Source: Acidobacteriaceae bacterium (lineage in GTDB: Bacteria > Acidobacteriota > Terriglobia > Bryobacterales > Bryobacteraceae). From it: DNA of 64,000 nt. Positions 52,188 to 62,769 of the stretch are shown here, piece after piece (position 1 is the stretch's first letter; each line of letters starts with the position of its first letter). The notes under the pieces were generated by a model. The model had not been told where the DNA came from. It worked only from the letters and a program-made list of their open reading frames with translations, and searched no databases. The stretch covers positions 12,980-76,979 of the forward strand of contig JAFAYI010000008.1 in the NCBI GenBank assembly GCA_019240475.1, read 5' to 3'. Position numbers and translations under genes: made by a program.

Positions 52188-53606
52188 ATGAACTCAATCG
52201 GACGAACAAAACTGCACAGCATCCGCGTCGCTGGAGTGCTGGCGCTCGCCGGCGTGAGCTTATGGGCACAGGATCGCGGGCGAACTGCCCAGGTGTTGTT
52301 CGATGCCATGGATACGAACCACGATGGGACACTCACACACAGCGAAATGGAGTCTGCCTTCAACTCCTGGTTTTCGGCTTGGCGCGGCAACGGTGAAAGC
52401 TTGACCCGGGATCAGATTGCCGCCGGACTGAGCAAACTGTTCCCCCCGCCGCCCGCGGCCAAACCGGGGCAGCCCAACACTTTCAATATCGCCGGTAATT
52501 CGACCCCAATCGCAGTGCCGCAAGCTGCCGTGGATGCCATGATGGCGGCATTGCCAGGCACGCCGGGCGTTAAGCCGCTGCGTTCACGCAACGTATTAGT
52601 GCTGGCGCATACGGGAGCGGGCGGGTTCGTACATGCCTCCATTCCGCTCGCCGCAAAAACCGTGGAAGCTCTTGGAGCTCGCGGCGGCTTATGGACTACC
52701 ACGGTCACTTACAACGCGGCGGACATCAACACCTCCAATCTGCAACAATATGACGCGATTTTCCTGGATAGTACGACGGGCTGCTTCCTTGACGACAAGG
52801 ATCCGTCCGTGACGGCGGCGCGGCGTTCTGCGTTCATCCAATTCGTGAGGGCCGGCAAGGGTATCGCCGCGATTCACGCCGCAACCGACGCATATCACAC
52901 AGACTGTCTGGCGGCTGAGGCGGCGGCAAATGGCGGGCCGGCCCCCAATTTCGCAACCAGCCTTCTCGCTGCTCAGCTAGTCGCAGCGGCGGCAAAAAAT
53001 GATAGCGCTTCGGTAAACCAGCAGCAGTGGAGCGCAATGGCCGGCGACTGGTATCGACAGCTCGAAACGGGCAACACCGGCAAGGTCAGCCAAGCCGATT
53101 TTGTGAAGCGCTTCCGTTCGCTATTGCCGCCTATGAACCGACGCATGTCTCCCGAACCCAGACCGGTGCTGCAGTGGCCGGAGTTCAACAAGCTGATCGG
53201 CGGCTACTTCAAGTTTCACTGGCCCGACCCACAACTCATTTACGTCAAAATCGACGATCCGAACAGCCCGTTAACGGCAATGTTCCACGGCCAGGAGTTC
53301 GAGATTCGCGATGAGACCTATACCTTTGCGCAGGACTCGTTTTCACGCCGGAACGTGCATGTGCTGACAAGCATCGACTACACCAAGATGAGCCCCGAGG
53401 ACAAGGCCAAGGAAGTGAATCCGAGGACGGACCGAGATTACGCCTTGAGTTACATCCGCCGCGAGGGCCAAGGGCGTGTGTATTATGAAGGGCATGGCCA
53501 TGATTTCCGGGTCTATGCAATGACGCCCATGCTCGAACACATTCGAGCCGGAATTCAATACGCGTTGGGCGACCTGAAAGCGGATGACCGGCCTTCGGCG
53601 CAATAA
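52188..53606 (+). CDS. secreted ThuA-like domain protein with N-terminal EF-hand
   Basis: ATG 52188 gives the signal peptide ..VAGVLALAGVSLWAQD. The EF-hand loop is DTNHDGTLTHSEM. The ThuA-like segments are NVLVLAHTGAGGFVHASIP and YIRREGQGRVYYEGHGHD. Confidence 0.7.
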   Translation: MNSIGRTKLHSIRVAGVLALAGVSLWAQDRGRTAQVLFDAMDTNHDGTLTHSEMESAFNSWFSAWRGNGESLTRDQIAAGLSKLFPPPPAAKPGQPNTFNIAGNSTPIAVPQAAVDAMMAALPGTPGVKPLRSRNVLVLAHTGAGGFVHASIPLAAKTVEALGARGGLWTTTVTYNAADINTSNLQQYDAIFLDSTTGCFLDDKDPSVTAARRSAFIQFVRAGKGIAAIHAATDAYHTDCLAAEAAANGGPAPNFATSLLAAQLVAAAAKNDSASVNQQQWSAMAGDWYRQLETGNTGKVSQADFVKRFRSLLPPMNRRMSPEPRPVLQWPEFNKLIGGYFKFHWPDPQLIYVKIDDPNSPLTAMFHGQEFEIRDETYTFAQDSFSRRNVHVLTSIDYTKMSPEDKAKEVNPRTDRDYALSYIRREGQGRVYYEGHGHDFRVYAMTPMLEHIRAGIQYALGDLKADDRPSAQ

Positions 53607-53863
53607 GGATAGAAGCCGCGGGGCTTAGTATGGCTCACATGCGCGTTCCAGATTAGCTATCCGAAGCGCAATCCGTGGTCCAAACATTCGTCGGGTCTCA
53701 ATCCGTATGATGTCAGAAGATTAAGTCATCTGATCGGCCAACGGTAATCGTCAGATGCGTGGGTCAAGTTAGGAGCTATCCTTCACTGAACCACGCAACA
53801 CTTCGGATTGAAGGAATTTTCGAGCGCCTGCTGCTCGCGGCATTTGCCCACGTAAGCTCCAAA

Positions 53864-54628
53864 TTAACTAACTCCCCGGAAATACGGCTTCGCCAGCGGG
53901 AATAGAGTATTGACCATGAAATCGGGAAGGACATATTGGGGAAAACACCCCGAAGTGTTTCCAGCGTGTATGATATGGCAGCAAAGAGCCGACGTGTCGC
54001 GTACAAACTCGAACGAGTGCTGCTTGACAGCCTCCCTCATGAACGAAAGATCTTCGCAAAAGTTGAGGTCGGGAAATTTGACCGAGTTCCAGACGCTGCG
54101 CCTGTAGCCGTATGAAAAACCAAATCCAAGCTGGAATTTGAGAGACTCCTGCTGATCATCGCTTCCAAACGCTACGACACGCCTCGGTTGACCCTTCTTA
54201 CAGACAAAGTGCGGGCCCACCGTTTTAGTCTGATCCCAATAACGCAGCTGACTTGTAACTTCATCATAGATAAAGAACCCGGTCAGTTTAATACAATCTA
54301 AGTTCCGGCTCATCATTAAAGCGAGGTGATGAGATAGATACCCGGCGGCGTAATAATCGTCGTCATCAAAGTGGACGACGTACTCGCCGGAAGCGCGCCG
54401 AATTAGGTCATTTCTCTTTGTGCCGACAGACCGACGGCTAGGATGGTGATGGTACTTGACCCGCTCGTCATGGCAACTCTTGGCGAAGCCTGAAATGTCT
54501 GGGCTATCATCGTCGATAAGCCACTCAAAATTCGGCCAATCCTGGCTCTTCACACAGGAGTACAGTAGCCGAAGGAATTGGTCTCTGCCATACGTAGGGG
54601 TAATGATGCTCACCAGCGGTTCAGACAT
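53864..54628 (-). CDS. glycosyltransferase family 2
   Basis: VSIITPTYGRDQFLRLLYSCVKSQDWPNFEWLIDDDSPD and HFDDDDYY (DxD) are typical of the GT2 GT-A fold. Confidence 0.8.
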   Translation of the reverse strand: MSEPLVSIITPTYGRDQFLRLLYSCVKSQDWPNFEWLIDDDSPDISGFAKSCHDERVKYHHHPSRRSVGTKRNDLIRRASGEYVVHFDDDDYYAAGYLSHHLALMMSRNLDCIKLTGFFIYDEVTSQLRYWDQTKTVGPHFVCKKGQPRRVVAFGSDDQQESLKFQLGFGFSYGYRRSVWNSVKFPDLNFCEDLSFMREAVKQHSFEFVRDTSALCCHIIHAGNTSGCFPQYVLPDFMVNTLFPLAKPYFRGVS

Positions 54629-54815
54629 ATCTCATTCGGACGAACCATTGAATGTACCATCCAACTCCGACACGCAGGTCTTTCATGCCGGCCATTCAAA
54701 TGCGCTCCGGCGCGGTTCGCTGCCGTATAATCAATCGCCTCGGCCCGACCGGGCAAAAATGCCCGGAACACGACGGGACTTTGACCCCTAATCCATCTTC
54801 TGAGATATTTCCTAG

Positions 54816-55856
54816 TTGAAAACAACTCAGAACAAGAAACCCAGTTCAATGGTCCATCTCAATACCCTGGTAGGCGGACGGAACGTCTCCATCCTGCGGC
54901 CGCTGTTAGAACACTATCGGAATCTCGGCGTCGAGTCGTATATTATCAACATCCATTTAAACCAGGAAGGCGATCCCATTTTGGAGGAAATAACTTCCAT
55001 CACCAAAGACTTTGGCGTTCCCATTGCATCGGTTTCGGTTGGCAGCTGGCTGGAGATCCTGCGCCGAGTCTACCGGGAGAGCCGGACGCGCTACCCGAAC
55101 GACTGGCATATTCTCGCCGATCAGGATGAGTTCCAGGTGTATCCAATGGGGCTCTCGGAACTCGAGGCATTCTGCGAGGAGAGGGGGTTCGATTATGTAC
55201 GCGGTTGCTGGGTGGACAGACTGGCTGCAGACGGTGGCTTCCCACAGCTAGACTGCTATTCCTCGCTCTGGGATCAATGCCCGGTAGGAGCGTTTCTGTC
55301 ATATCCCATTGGCGCAGCGGACCCTAGAAAAGTGGTCTTTGCCAAGAGCCATGTAGACGTTTGCGTTGGACAGCATCTGGCATGGAACGGCACGGGTTGC
55401 CCAATCAGCGAGGCCTTCATTCAGATTCATCATTTCAAATGGGTGGAGGGTATTATCGCGGAACTCGAGGCGCGTGCAGGCATATTGAAACACGGAGGCT
55501 ACGGGTTTCATGTTGAGTCCTCCCGGTTTGTGAAATACTTTCAAGCTAACAATGGATTAGTAAATCTGGAAGATCGCCGACTTCTAGCAACTAAGTGCGG
55601 CCAGGATTATCCACACTGGCCGCTTATCCAAAGGTGGTTTATGCTTCTAAATAACTATGTCGAGCTCGGCAGGAGATTTATTCCCGGACCGGCTAGTTTG
55701 ACACTGGAGGCCGAGACACTCTCAATGGACGCAGACCGGTTGCGGGCTAACCTTGCGTCTGCCACGGGCAGCGACTCTCTTTTGATCGCGGGACGGCACG
55801 ATCCCACCTTTGGCCTCGAACCTTTAAGGGAGATTTGGTTCAAGACCAGAAATTGA
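54816..55856 (+). CDS. hypothetical protein, possibly GT-A-fold glycosyltransferase-like
   Basis: The track start is TTG 54816; the alternative ATG is at 54849. DWHILADQDEFQVYP is a DxD-like motif. The assignment is weak. Confidence 0.35.
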   Translation: MKTTQNKKPSSMVHLNTLVGGRNVSILRPLLEHYRNLGVESYIINIHLNQEGDPILEEITSITKDFGVPIASVSVGSWLEILRRVYRESRTRYPNDWHILADQDEFQVYPMGLSELEAFCEERGFDYVRGCWVDRLAADGGFPQLDCYSSLWDQCPVGAFLSYPIGAADPRKVVFAKSHVDVCVGQHLAWNGTGCPISEAFIQIHHFKWVEGIIAELEARAGILKHGGYGFHVESSRFVKYFQANNGLVNLEDRRLLATKCGQDYPHWPLIQRWFMLLNNYVELGRRFIPGPASLTLEAETLSMDADRLRANLASATGSDSLLIAGRHDPTFGLEPLREIWFKTRN

Positions 55857-55868
55857 AGAAGGCCTCAG

Positions 55869-57491
55869 ATGGTACAGCTTGCCCTACCACCCGAGCCCTT
55901 CGATGCCGTCGTGGTTGGCTCCGGGGCGACAGGCGGGTGGGCCGCCAGGAAACTCACGCTAGCGGGGATGCGCGTTGCGTTGATTGAGGCTGGCGAGAAA
56001 ACGAAGCCGGCTGATTTCGCAGGCTACGACATCCACCCGGACGATGCCGTTTGCGGCACTCCTTGCGATCTTGGGAGGGAGCGCGCCATTCAGGCCTCTT
56101 GCTATGCTTGCCGGCCCCCAAAGCATCCGTGGTTCGTCAACGATCTGGAAAATCCATACCAACAAGCCAAACCTTTTCATTGGATCCGGATGCGAGTGTT
56201 AGGTGGGCGATTGCTGGCGTGGGAACGCCAAAGCTATAGGATGAGCAATCTGGATTTCAAAGCCGCAAGCCACGATGGCTACGGGGATAACTGGCCGTTT
56301 TCCTATGAGGACCTAGTGCCGTACTACGAAGAAGTGGAGAGATACTTGGGAATCACCGGCATTCCCGAGAAGCTTGCCTATTTGCCGGACAGCATTTTCC
56401 TTCCGGCCGCAGCGAACAATTTAACAATGGAGTTACTGGGGAATGCGGGAGCGAAGCTTAATCGTGTGATCACGCCCGCCCGCCTGGCTGTGATGACTCG
56501 AACTTATGAGAGTCATCAGGCTTGTTACTCTTCCGCTCCAAGCGAGAATGGCGTATTAAGTTCATCGCATTTTTCGAGCCCCTGGATGGCGCTGACCGAT
56601 GCGGCCAGAACAGGACGACTTACGCTGATAACGGACGCTATTGCCAGCCACATTCCTGTCGCCAAGGGAAAAGCGACCGGGATTGCCTATGTCAATCGTA
56701 TTTCGCGAACCTCACACGAGCTACGCGCAAAGATAGTAGTGCTTTGTGCTTCGACGCTGGAATCCACAAGACTTCTTCTGAACTCGAAGATTTGCAATTC
56801 AAGCGGTATGCTGGGCCGGTATCTAATGGACCATATTGGAGGATACGCGTGGGGCGCCGCGGAAGGCAGGAGACCCGAGCCAAACGATCCGCACCAACGC
56901 CATCGCGTATATATTCCGCGCTTCCGCAATACGAGCGAAAAGCTCACGAACGGGTTCATCCGCGGCTATGGGTTTCAGGCACGGATCATTCCCGATGCTC
57001 AAACCAGGCAAAGCTTCGGCGCCAGCGCGACGCCGGCAGACTGCACGGTTCGGCTTTCCTCGTTTGGCGAATGCCTCGCACGCCGAGAAAATTTCGTGGA
57101 GATCGATCCGGACAGACTCGATGCGTGGGGTATACCGGTGCTGCGGATCAGAGCGTGTTGGAGCGGAAACGAAATAAGAATCTGGCGCGACGCCACCGCG
57201 GAAGCCGCCCAATTGCTGGAGACAGCCGGGCTCAGAAGAATCGGTACAGCCGCCCAGCCATCCAAGCCAGGTCTTTCTATTCACGAGACCGGTACAGCCC
57301 GTATGGGCGATAGCCCCCGGAGCAGCGTCCTCAATCAGTATTGCCAAGCGCACGACGTGCCAAATATCTTTGTGACGGACGGCGCCTGTTGGGTCTCAAG
57401 CGGCTGCCAAAATCCAACGCTCACAATGATGGCAATTACGGGTCGCGCGTGTACTTTCATCATCCAGGAATATTCGAAAACAAAGTGCTGA
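55869..57491 (+). CDS. GMC-family FAD-dependent oxidoreductase
   Basis: The N-terminal FAD motif is VVVGSGATGGWAARKLTLAGMRVALIEAG. The C-terminal GTARMGDSPRSSVLNQYCQAHDVPNIFVTDGA is typical of the GMC family. Confidence 0.85.
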   Translation: MVQLALPPEPFDAVVVGSGATGGWAARKLTLAGMRVALIEAGEKTKPADFAGYDIHPDDAVCGTPCDLGRERAIQASCYACRPPKHPWFVNDLENPYQQAKPFHWIRMRVLGGRLLAWERQSYRMSNLDFKAASHDGYGDNWPFSYEDLVPYYEEVERYLGITGIPEKLAYLPDSIFLPAAANNLTMELLGNAGAKLNRVITPARLAVMTRTYESHQACYSSAPSENGVLSSSHFSSPWMALTDAARTGRLTLITDAIASHIPVAKGKATGIAYVNRISRTSHELRAKIVVLCASTLESTRLLLNSKICNSSGMLGRYLMDHIGGYAWGAAEGRRPEPNDPHQRHRVYIPRFRNTSEKLTNGFIRGYGFQARIIPDAQTRQSFGASATPADCTVRLSSFGECLARRENFVEIDPDRLDAWGIPVLRIRACWSGNEIRIWRDATAEAAQLLETAGLRRIGTAAQPSKPGLSIHETGTARMGDSPRSSVLNQYCQAHDVPNIFVTDGACWVSSGCQNPTLTMMAITGRACTFIIQEYSKTKC

Positions 57492-57531
57492 GCGCGGGAG
57501 ACCGGCCCGTTCAGGAGAGCTGCCTGCGGAC

Positions 57532-58512
57532 GTGAAAAAACTCATCTTTGCCAGCCCGGGCCAGGTCGTGTTGGAACAGCGTGACCTTCCATCGCTTGGG
57601 AAGAATAGCGTGCTGGTCCGTTCCGAGTGCTCGCTGGTCAGCAACGGCACTGAGCGCACTGCCTTTCAAGGCCGATTTGGCGTGGGAACCCACTGGGAAC
57701 GGTGGGTTCAATATCCGTTCTCTCCCGGGTACGCGACTGCCGGAACGGTCTTGGAAATTGGCCCTAATGTTTCACTGGTGAAAGTAGGTGAGCGCGTTGC
57801 ACTGCGTGCTCCGCATGCCTCTCACCACGTCGTAGCTGAGGGCGCTTGTATCCCTATTCCGGGTCCGGTCAGTCCTGAAGACGCGGTGTGGTTCGCGTTG
57901 TCGAAGATCGCGTTCTCAGGCGCGTGGGCCGCTGAACTCAAACTAGGAGCATCCGTCGCGATTATCGGCGCGGGGCCCGTTGCACAGATGTTGGTCCGGT
58001 GGGTTGCTGGTGGGCTGCCGGCGACGCTGGGGATTTTAGCAAAGGATCGCGTGCGGTTGGAACGGGCGAAATCAGGCGGAATGGTTGTGACTATCGAGGG
58101 GCGGACAGAGGAAATTTCTGCCGCGCAACTTGAAAAAGCGTTGGGCGGGCGGCCGCAGGTCATCTTTGATTGCACGGCGGATCCGGGGGTCCTGAGCTGG
58201 GCGCTCGGCGCAATCGCCGATTACGGCAAAGTAGTGCTGCTCGGGGACCCGGCCATGCCGAACGAGCGGCGCCTGACGCCGGATGTGCTGTTGCGCAGCA
58301 TAAGTATCACTGGAGTCCACGACCGCAGCACTTTTGGACGGTGGAATACGCAGACCATTTCGAAGCTGTTTTTCAAGCGGCTGAGGGAAGGCTCTTTCAG
58401 CGTGGGCGGGCTTTGCACGCACGTATTCGCGCCAGAAGAGGCTCCGCAGGCGTATGCGCTGCTCGATAACAGCGGCGCGGCAGGGGTTCTAGGCATTCGC
58501 TTTGACTGGTGA
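57532..58512 (+). CDS. medium-chain (zinc-type) alcohol dehydrogenase family oxidoreductase
   Basis: GTG start. The GroES-like N-domain has PGYATAGTVLEIGPNV..VGERVAL, and the Rossmann motif is VAIIGAGPVAQMLV. Confidence 0.7.
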   Translation: MKKLIFASPGQVVLEQRDLPSLGKNSVLVRSECSLVSNGTERTAFQGRFGVGTHWERWVQYPFSPGYATAGTVLEIGPNVSLVKVGERVALRAPHASHHVVAEGACIPIPGPVSPEDAVWFALSKIAFSGAWAAELKLGASVAIIGAGPVAQMLVRWVAGGLPATLGILAKDRVRLERAKSGGMVVTIEGRTEEISAAQLEKALGGRPQVIFDCTADPGVLSWALGAIADYGKVVLLGDPAMPNERRLTPDVLLRSISITGVHDRSTFGRWNTQTISKLFFKRLREGSFSVGGLCTHVFAPEEAPQAYALLDNSGAAGVLGIRFDW

Positions 58513-58590
58513 CCGCTAGGACACCAACCGGAAATGAGGTGAGATTTCCCTGGAGCCATAGGCACAGGTCCTAGAGAGGCATAGCATTCG

Positions 58591-59790
58591 ATGAACACCG
58601 GCTCCGTGGTTTACGCCACCAGGAAAGATCCGAGAAACCGGCGCGCGCAGTTTCTTGTGTTTGGGAGCCCTCTCATTGGAGCAGAAGAGATTGAAGAGGT
58701 GGTTGCCACCTTAAAAAGCGGTTGGATCGGAAAAGGCCCCAGGGTGGCGGAATTTGAGGAGATGATGGCGCTGTATACCGGCGCTAAGCACGCTATTGCA
58801 GTGAGTTCCTGCACGGCAGCTCTTCATCTTTCGCTCTTGGCGCTTGGCATCGGTGATGGAGACGAGGTTATTACGACGCCGATGACTTTTGCCGCAACCG
58901 CGAATGCGATCCTGCACGCGGGGGCGCGGCCTGTATTCGCGGATGTCGATCTCGCAACAATGTTGATCGAGCCGCGTGAAATCGAGAGAGCCATCACTCC
59001 GCGCACGAAAGCGATAGTGCCGGTCCATCTCGCCGGCCGGCCTTGCCGCATGGATGAAATAGGAGCAATCGCAAGAAAGCATGGCCTGTACATCATCGAA
59101 GATGCGGCTCACTGTATTGAAGGTGAGTACAAGAGCCGCCACGTGGGAAGTATTGGGGACCTGACTTGCTTCAGTTTCTACGTCACCAAGAATGTCACCA
59201 CCGTCGAAGGTGGAATGGTAACAACCAGTAACAAGAAATGGGCGGAAAAGATTCGTGTTCTAGCGATGCACGGCATGGACCAGGATGCCTTTCGACGTTT
59301 TCAGGGGGCCGAGTACAAACATTACGAAGTTGTGGCCCCCGGTTATAAGTACAATATGACCGACTTTCAGGCGGCTTTAGGCGTCCACCAGCTCAGACGA
59401 GTCGAGAGTTGTCTCCGCCGGCGCGAGGAGATATGGAATTACTATGCATCGGCATTCTTCGACCTGCCGGTTCGTTTGCCTGCGCGGGATGAAGCCCGAA
59501 CGCGCCATGCGCGCCATCTCTATACCCTCCTCGTGCACGAACCGGACTGCGGGAAGAGCCGGGACGAAGTGCTAGCCGGCCTGATGCAACGCAATATCGG
59601 CGTGGGCGTACACTACAGACCCGTCCACCTGCATCCTTATTACAGACAGACGTTCGGGTTCAAGCCTGGCGCCTATCCGAATTCCGAATGGATTGGCGAG
59701 CGAACGGTGTCGCTGCCTTTGAGCGCGCGGCTGAGCAATGAAGATGTCGATGACGTCGTCGAAGCGGTGCGCGATACACTTGCGGCGTGA
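58591..59790 (+). CDS. DegT/DnrJ/EryC1/StrS-family PLP-dependent sugar aminotransferase
   Basis: Family-typical segments are FEEMMALYTGAKHAIAVSSCTAALHL, PMTFAATANAI and CFSFYVTKNVTTVEGGMV (PLP lysine region). Confidence 0.9.
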   Translation: MNTGSVVYATRKDPRNRRAQFLVFGSPLIGAEEIEEVVATLKSGWIGKGPRVAEFEEMMALYTGAKHAIAVSSCTAALHLSLLALGIGDGDEVITTPMTFAATANAILHAGARPVFADVDLATMLIEPREIERAITPRTKAIVPVHLAGRPCRMDEIGAIARKHGLYIIEDAAHCIEGEYKSRHVGSIGDLTCFSFYVTKNVTTVEGGMVTTSNKKWAEKIRVLAMHGMDQDAFRRFQGAEYKHYEVVAPGYKYNMTDFQAALGVHQLRRVESCLRRREEIWNYYASAFFDLPVRLPARDEARTRHARHLYTLLVHEPDCGKSRDEVLAGLMQRNIGVGVHYRPVHLHPYYRQTFGFKPGAYPNSEWIGERTVSLPLSARLSNEDVDDVVEAVRDTLAA

Positions 59791-59917
59791 ACTGGCATAG
59801 GTTTTTTGGCGCACCGGGTCTAAGGGTCGGTTCGAGTTCGCGGGAGCGCCAAAGAAAATCTAGGTAAACCGTATCTTTTGACGGTCTTTCTGGTATTTAA
59901 CAGGCGAGGACCGGCGA

Positions 59918-60451
59918 GTGCCAATTCAGGAACAGGAGTTCAGGGATGCCTTCATCGAGCATCGCCACGCGGTCTACCGCTATGCGTGGCGCCTTACCAG
60001 CTCGCCAACGGCAGCCGAGGATATCACGCAAGAGGCATTTTTCGCACTGCTCCGGGTTCGCGCGAAGATCGATAGTCCATCTGGGGTCCGGAATTTTCTA
60101 TTTGTCACCGCGCGTAACCTCGTGCTGAAGTATTGGCGCAACAACCAGAGGTGGACCGCCCTTGATGAAGACGATGAGCAACTGTGCCGTGGACCCTCCT
60201 CTTTTGATAGCTCAGATGTCTCGCGAGCCGTCGCGGCGGCTATAAAGGCCCTGCCACCGTTGCAGAGGGAAGTCCTGGTGATGTCCGTATACAGCGGGTT
60301 CTCGGCCGTTGAGATCGCGGGAATCACAGCGGTCGAGGTGACAGCGGTAAAGGCACGCCTGCACCGCGCGCGGAACAACATGAAACGCATGCTGCAGGCC
60401 TTGAAGCCCGCAGGGAACGAAACGGAGGTCGGAAGTGGAACCTCTCACTGA
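59918..60451 (+). CDS. ECF-type RNA polymerase sigma-70 family factor
   Basis: GTG start. Region 2 is AEDITQEAFFALL, and region 4 is LPPLQREVLVMSVYSGFSAVEIAGI..VKARLHRARNNMKRML. Confidence 0.85.
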   Translation: MPIQEQEFRDAFIEHRHAVYRYAWRLTSSPTAAEDITQEAFFALLRVRAKIDSPSGVRNFLFVTARNLVLKYWRNNQRWTALDEDDEQLCRGPSSFDSSDVSRAVAAAIKALPPLQREVLVMSVYSGFSAVEIAGITAVEVTAVKARLHRARNNMKRMLQALKPAGNETEVGSGTSH

Positions 60452-60746
60452 TCTTGAATTGGACCATCTTCTGCGGCAGTGGGAGGCGCCCGCAGTCCCG
60501 GAAAGCCTCAACAGCAAAGTGCTGGGCGCCCGGGAGCGGCGCAGTCGATGGCGTTTTCTACTAACAGGAAGTATTCGCGTGCCAGTACCGCTGGGAATCG
60601 CAACGGCGGCAGTGCTGATGCTTTTGATTCTCTTGGTGTGGAACACTCCCTCAGAGCAGCCGAACCGCAGTGAAACTCTGCGGGATTTCAAACCCATTCG
60701 ACAACTTGAGCCTCGGATCATCAGGAGCACTTATGAAATTCGATAA
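60435..60746 (+). CDS. probable anti-sigma factor (single TM helix)
   Basis: It overlaps the sigma gene end by 17 nt; 103 aa. It has one hydrophobic helix (PLGIATAAVLMLLILLVW). The role is inferred from position and topology. Confidence 0.45.
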   Translation: MEPLTDLELDHLLRQWEAPAVPESLNSKVLGARERRSRWRFLLTGSIRVPVPLGIATAAVLMLLILLVWNTPSEQPNRSETLRDFKPIRQLEPRIIRSTYEIR

Positions 60747-61503
60747 ACTTATCTTCTTTTCCCTGTCTGCTTTCTTTGCCGGTCTCCTTCCGGCGCAATC
60801 CGGTTTTTCCACCACGACATCGCTTTCTGACGGGACTGCGGTGTGGATCAATACGAGCATTGAGCCGCCTTACCCCGCGATGGGATCCTCATTTGTGACG
60901 GCGGCGACCGGCTTGCCCGGCGAGGAGGGCCTGGGGGTTCGGCGGTATCTGTATGACAAACAGAAGCATGTCTATTTCGGGTACGACATTCTGATGAGGC
61001 CGGAGCCGGGCGGTGTTCTTGGGCTCACGTTCCGGATTGCGGAACAGCCTCCTCAAGACCCGGCGCTCAAAGGTGTGCATTGGACCCAACTCCCCGCGCC
61101 GCTTGTGCCGCCGAAAGAGGAGCGAGTGAAATCAGGCGACACAATTGTATTGGATGTGTTTCAGAATCCGAGCACCGGGCAAAAAATCGTGGAGCACGTC
61201 CGTTTTGAACGGCCCGACCGGCTGCTATGCGAGGCTGCCCCGGCCGGCGGCGAGAAACTGGCGTGCTTGACCGCAATCCTTGAAGGGCTGCGGGAAACGC
61301 TCAACTCGGCTCTGCGACAGGCTGAAAAAGTGCCCACCTCTGCGGCCGCCTTTCAGGCAGCCCGGACCCAGCGATCCTGGGAACGTTACGAAGAAGAGGC
61401 GTGTCCGGTGGGCCGGGATCGATCTGAGCAGGTGGTTTGCGAGATCTCCCTGACCCGAAGTCGGGTTCGAGAACTCACGGCGGCTTTGTCGGAGAAACAC
61501 TAA
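60733..61503 (+). CDS. secreted hypothetical protein
   Basis: ATG 60733 gives the signal peptide MKFDKLIFFSLSAFFAGLLPAQS; the track start at 60670 overlaps the anti-sigma gene. The C-terminal AFQAARTQRSWERYEEEAC weakly resembles the LprI/DUF1311 region. Confidence 0.45.
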   Translation: MKFDKLIFFSLSAFFAGLLPAQSGFSTTTSLSDGTAVWINTSIEPPYPAMGSSFVTAATGLPGEEGLGVRRYLYDKQKHVYFGYDILMRPEPGGVLGLTFRIAEQPPQDPALKGVHWTQLPAPLVPPKEERVKSGDTIVLDVFQNPSTGQKIVEHVRFERPDRLLCEAAPAGGEKLACLTAILEGLRETLNSALRQAEKVPTSAAAFQAARTQRSWERYEEEACPVGRDRSEQVVCEISLTRSRVRELTAALSEKH

Positions 61504-61531
61504 TTCCAAGGCGTAAGAGCGATGGCGTGCG

Positions 61532-62749
61532 TCACGCAGGAACCGGGATTTCTTCGGACGTCCACTCGCTGATGGCTCGTTGTGGTGCTTCGCCGCCGCC
61601 CTTGTCTTCTTGCACGACGGCTAGAATCCGCTGGTCGAGCCATTGTTGGATGAGTTGCTCGATGAACGTCCAAGCGGTTCGGGAACACAACTCCTTCAAA
61701 GCGGAAATCCTGATCGGCTCAAAACTGGTCAGCCTGGCAACTGCCTCTCTATAGTTCTCGGGTATGGCCCAGCTGCTACCGCCCGCAGTTACTTCAAAGC
61801 ATCCCGGCGACTGCGACGGCCCGGTGTAACTTCCGCGAGGATGCACGTTCCTGATCGCCGCCGAAGGTGGGAGATTCGCTATGCGGACCGCAGCCAACGC
61901 CGGCAAGGAGAACCATTGGCGCCGGCTCGGCCGCACAGTGTTTTCACGCTGGAACTGTTCCATTAGGCCGGGGGCCAAACGGCTACCTAAAATCTCTCGC
62001 AGCTCCAGGCCGGCCTGATCCGTCCAAGCGGCCAATCGCTGCCGCAAGACCGCTTCTCCGCGTAGAGAGTGGGCCAACCATTGCATAAGCTCAATCGCCA
62101 TGGGCGAATTGATACTGACGGTGAGATGCAGAGACGACTCATTGACAGGCGTGACCTGATGCCACCAGCCACGCGGCAGGTAAAGAACGTCGCCCTCGGA
62201 GATGGCCGCATCGAACACGGGCTCGCCCGCCGGCGGCTCCTTACACTTGGGCTGCGCCTTACTCGGATCGGGATAACGCGGCGGGTGAACTCGCCAGTTC
62301 TTCCTTCCCGCTAATTGGATGATGAATACGTCCTGCTCATCCCAATGCAAGTCAAAGCCCGGGGTGGCTTTCCAGCTTGCGTAGGCGTTGATGTTTACCG
62401 GAGATCGAAACTTCTCCTCAAGGCACACCGCCAAGTGCCGCAACGGCGTGTGCAATTCATCCACCTCGTCGATGATCAGCGTCGCCCCGGAAGCAAGGCA
62501 AGACTCTAGGTCCTGTGCGTGGATGATCCGCTCGGCGCCAATCACATGCGAATAGGTCTTGGCATCGACTTCCGCTCCATTCCGGTAAAGGCGGAGGCGC
62601 GGCGCTGGAAGCCGGCACTGCTCCAGGATGCGGTTGAGGTCGTTCCATCCGAAGAGCCCTTCAAACCGGCGGGCGTCCGTGGCTGAGTGGTAGACATGAA
62701 TCTTGGCCCAGGCCGTATCAAGAAATTCATCCCATGACATCGGCCGCAT
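61532..62749 (-). CDS. JmjC/cupin-type Fe(II)/2OG oxygenase-like protein
   Basis: GFDLHWDEQDVFIIQLAGRKNWRV (HxD) and DVLYLPRGWWHQV are typical of the JmjC/RoxA-YcfD type. The start is ATG 62749. GTG 62773, which overlaps the ABC stop as GTGA, is also possible. Confidence 0.65.
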   Translation of the reverse strand: MRPMSWDEFLDTAWAKIHVYHSATDARRFEGLFGWNDLNRILEQCRLPAPRLRLYRNGAEVDAKTYSHVIGAERIIHAQDLESCLASGATLIIDEVDELHTPLRHLAVCLEEKFRSPVNINAYASWKATPGFDLHWDEQDVFIIQLAGRKNWRVHPPRYPDPSKAQPKCKEPPAGEPVFDAAISEGDVLYLPRGWWHQVTPVNESSLHLTVSINSPMAIELMQWLAHSLRGEAVLRQRLAAWTDQAGLELREILGSRLAPGLMEQFQRENTVRPSRRQWFSLPALAAVRIANLPPSAAIRNVHPRGSYTGPSQSPGCFEVTAGGSSWAIPENYREAVARLTSFEPIRISALKELCSRTAWTFIEQLIQQWLDQRILAVVQEDKGGGEAPQRAISEWTSEEIPVPA

Positions 62750-62769
62750 TAACTCGGAAAGAAATGGAT

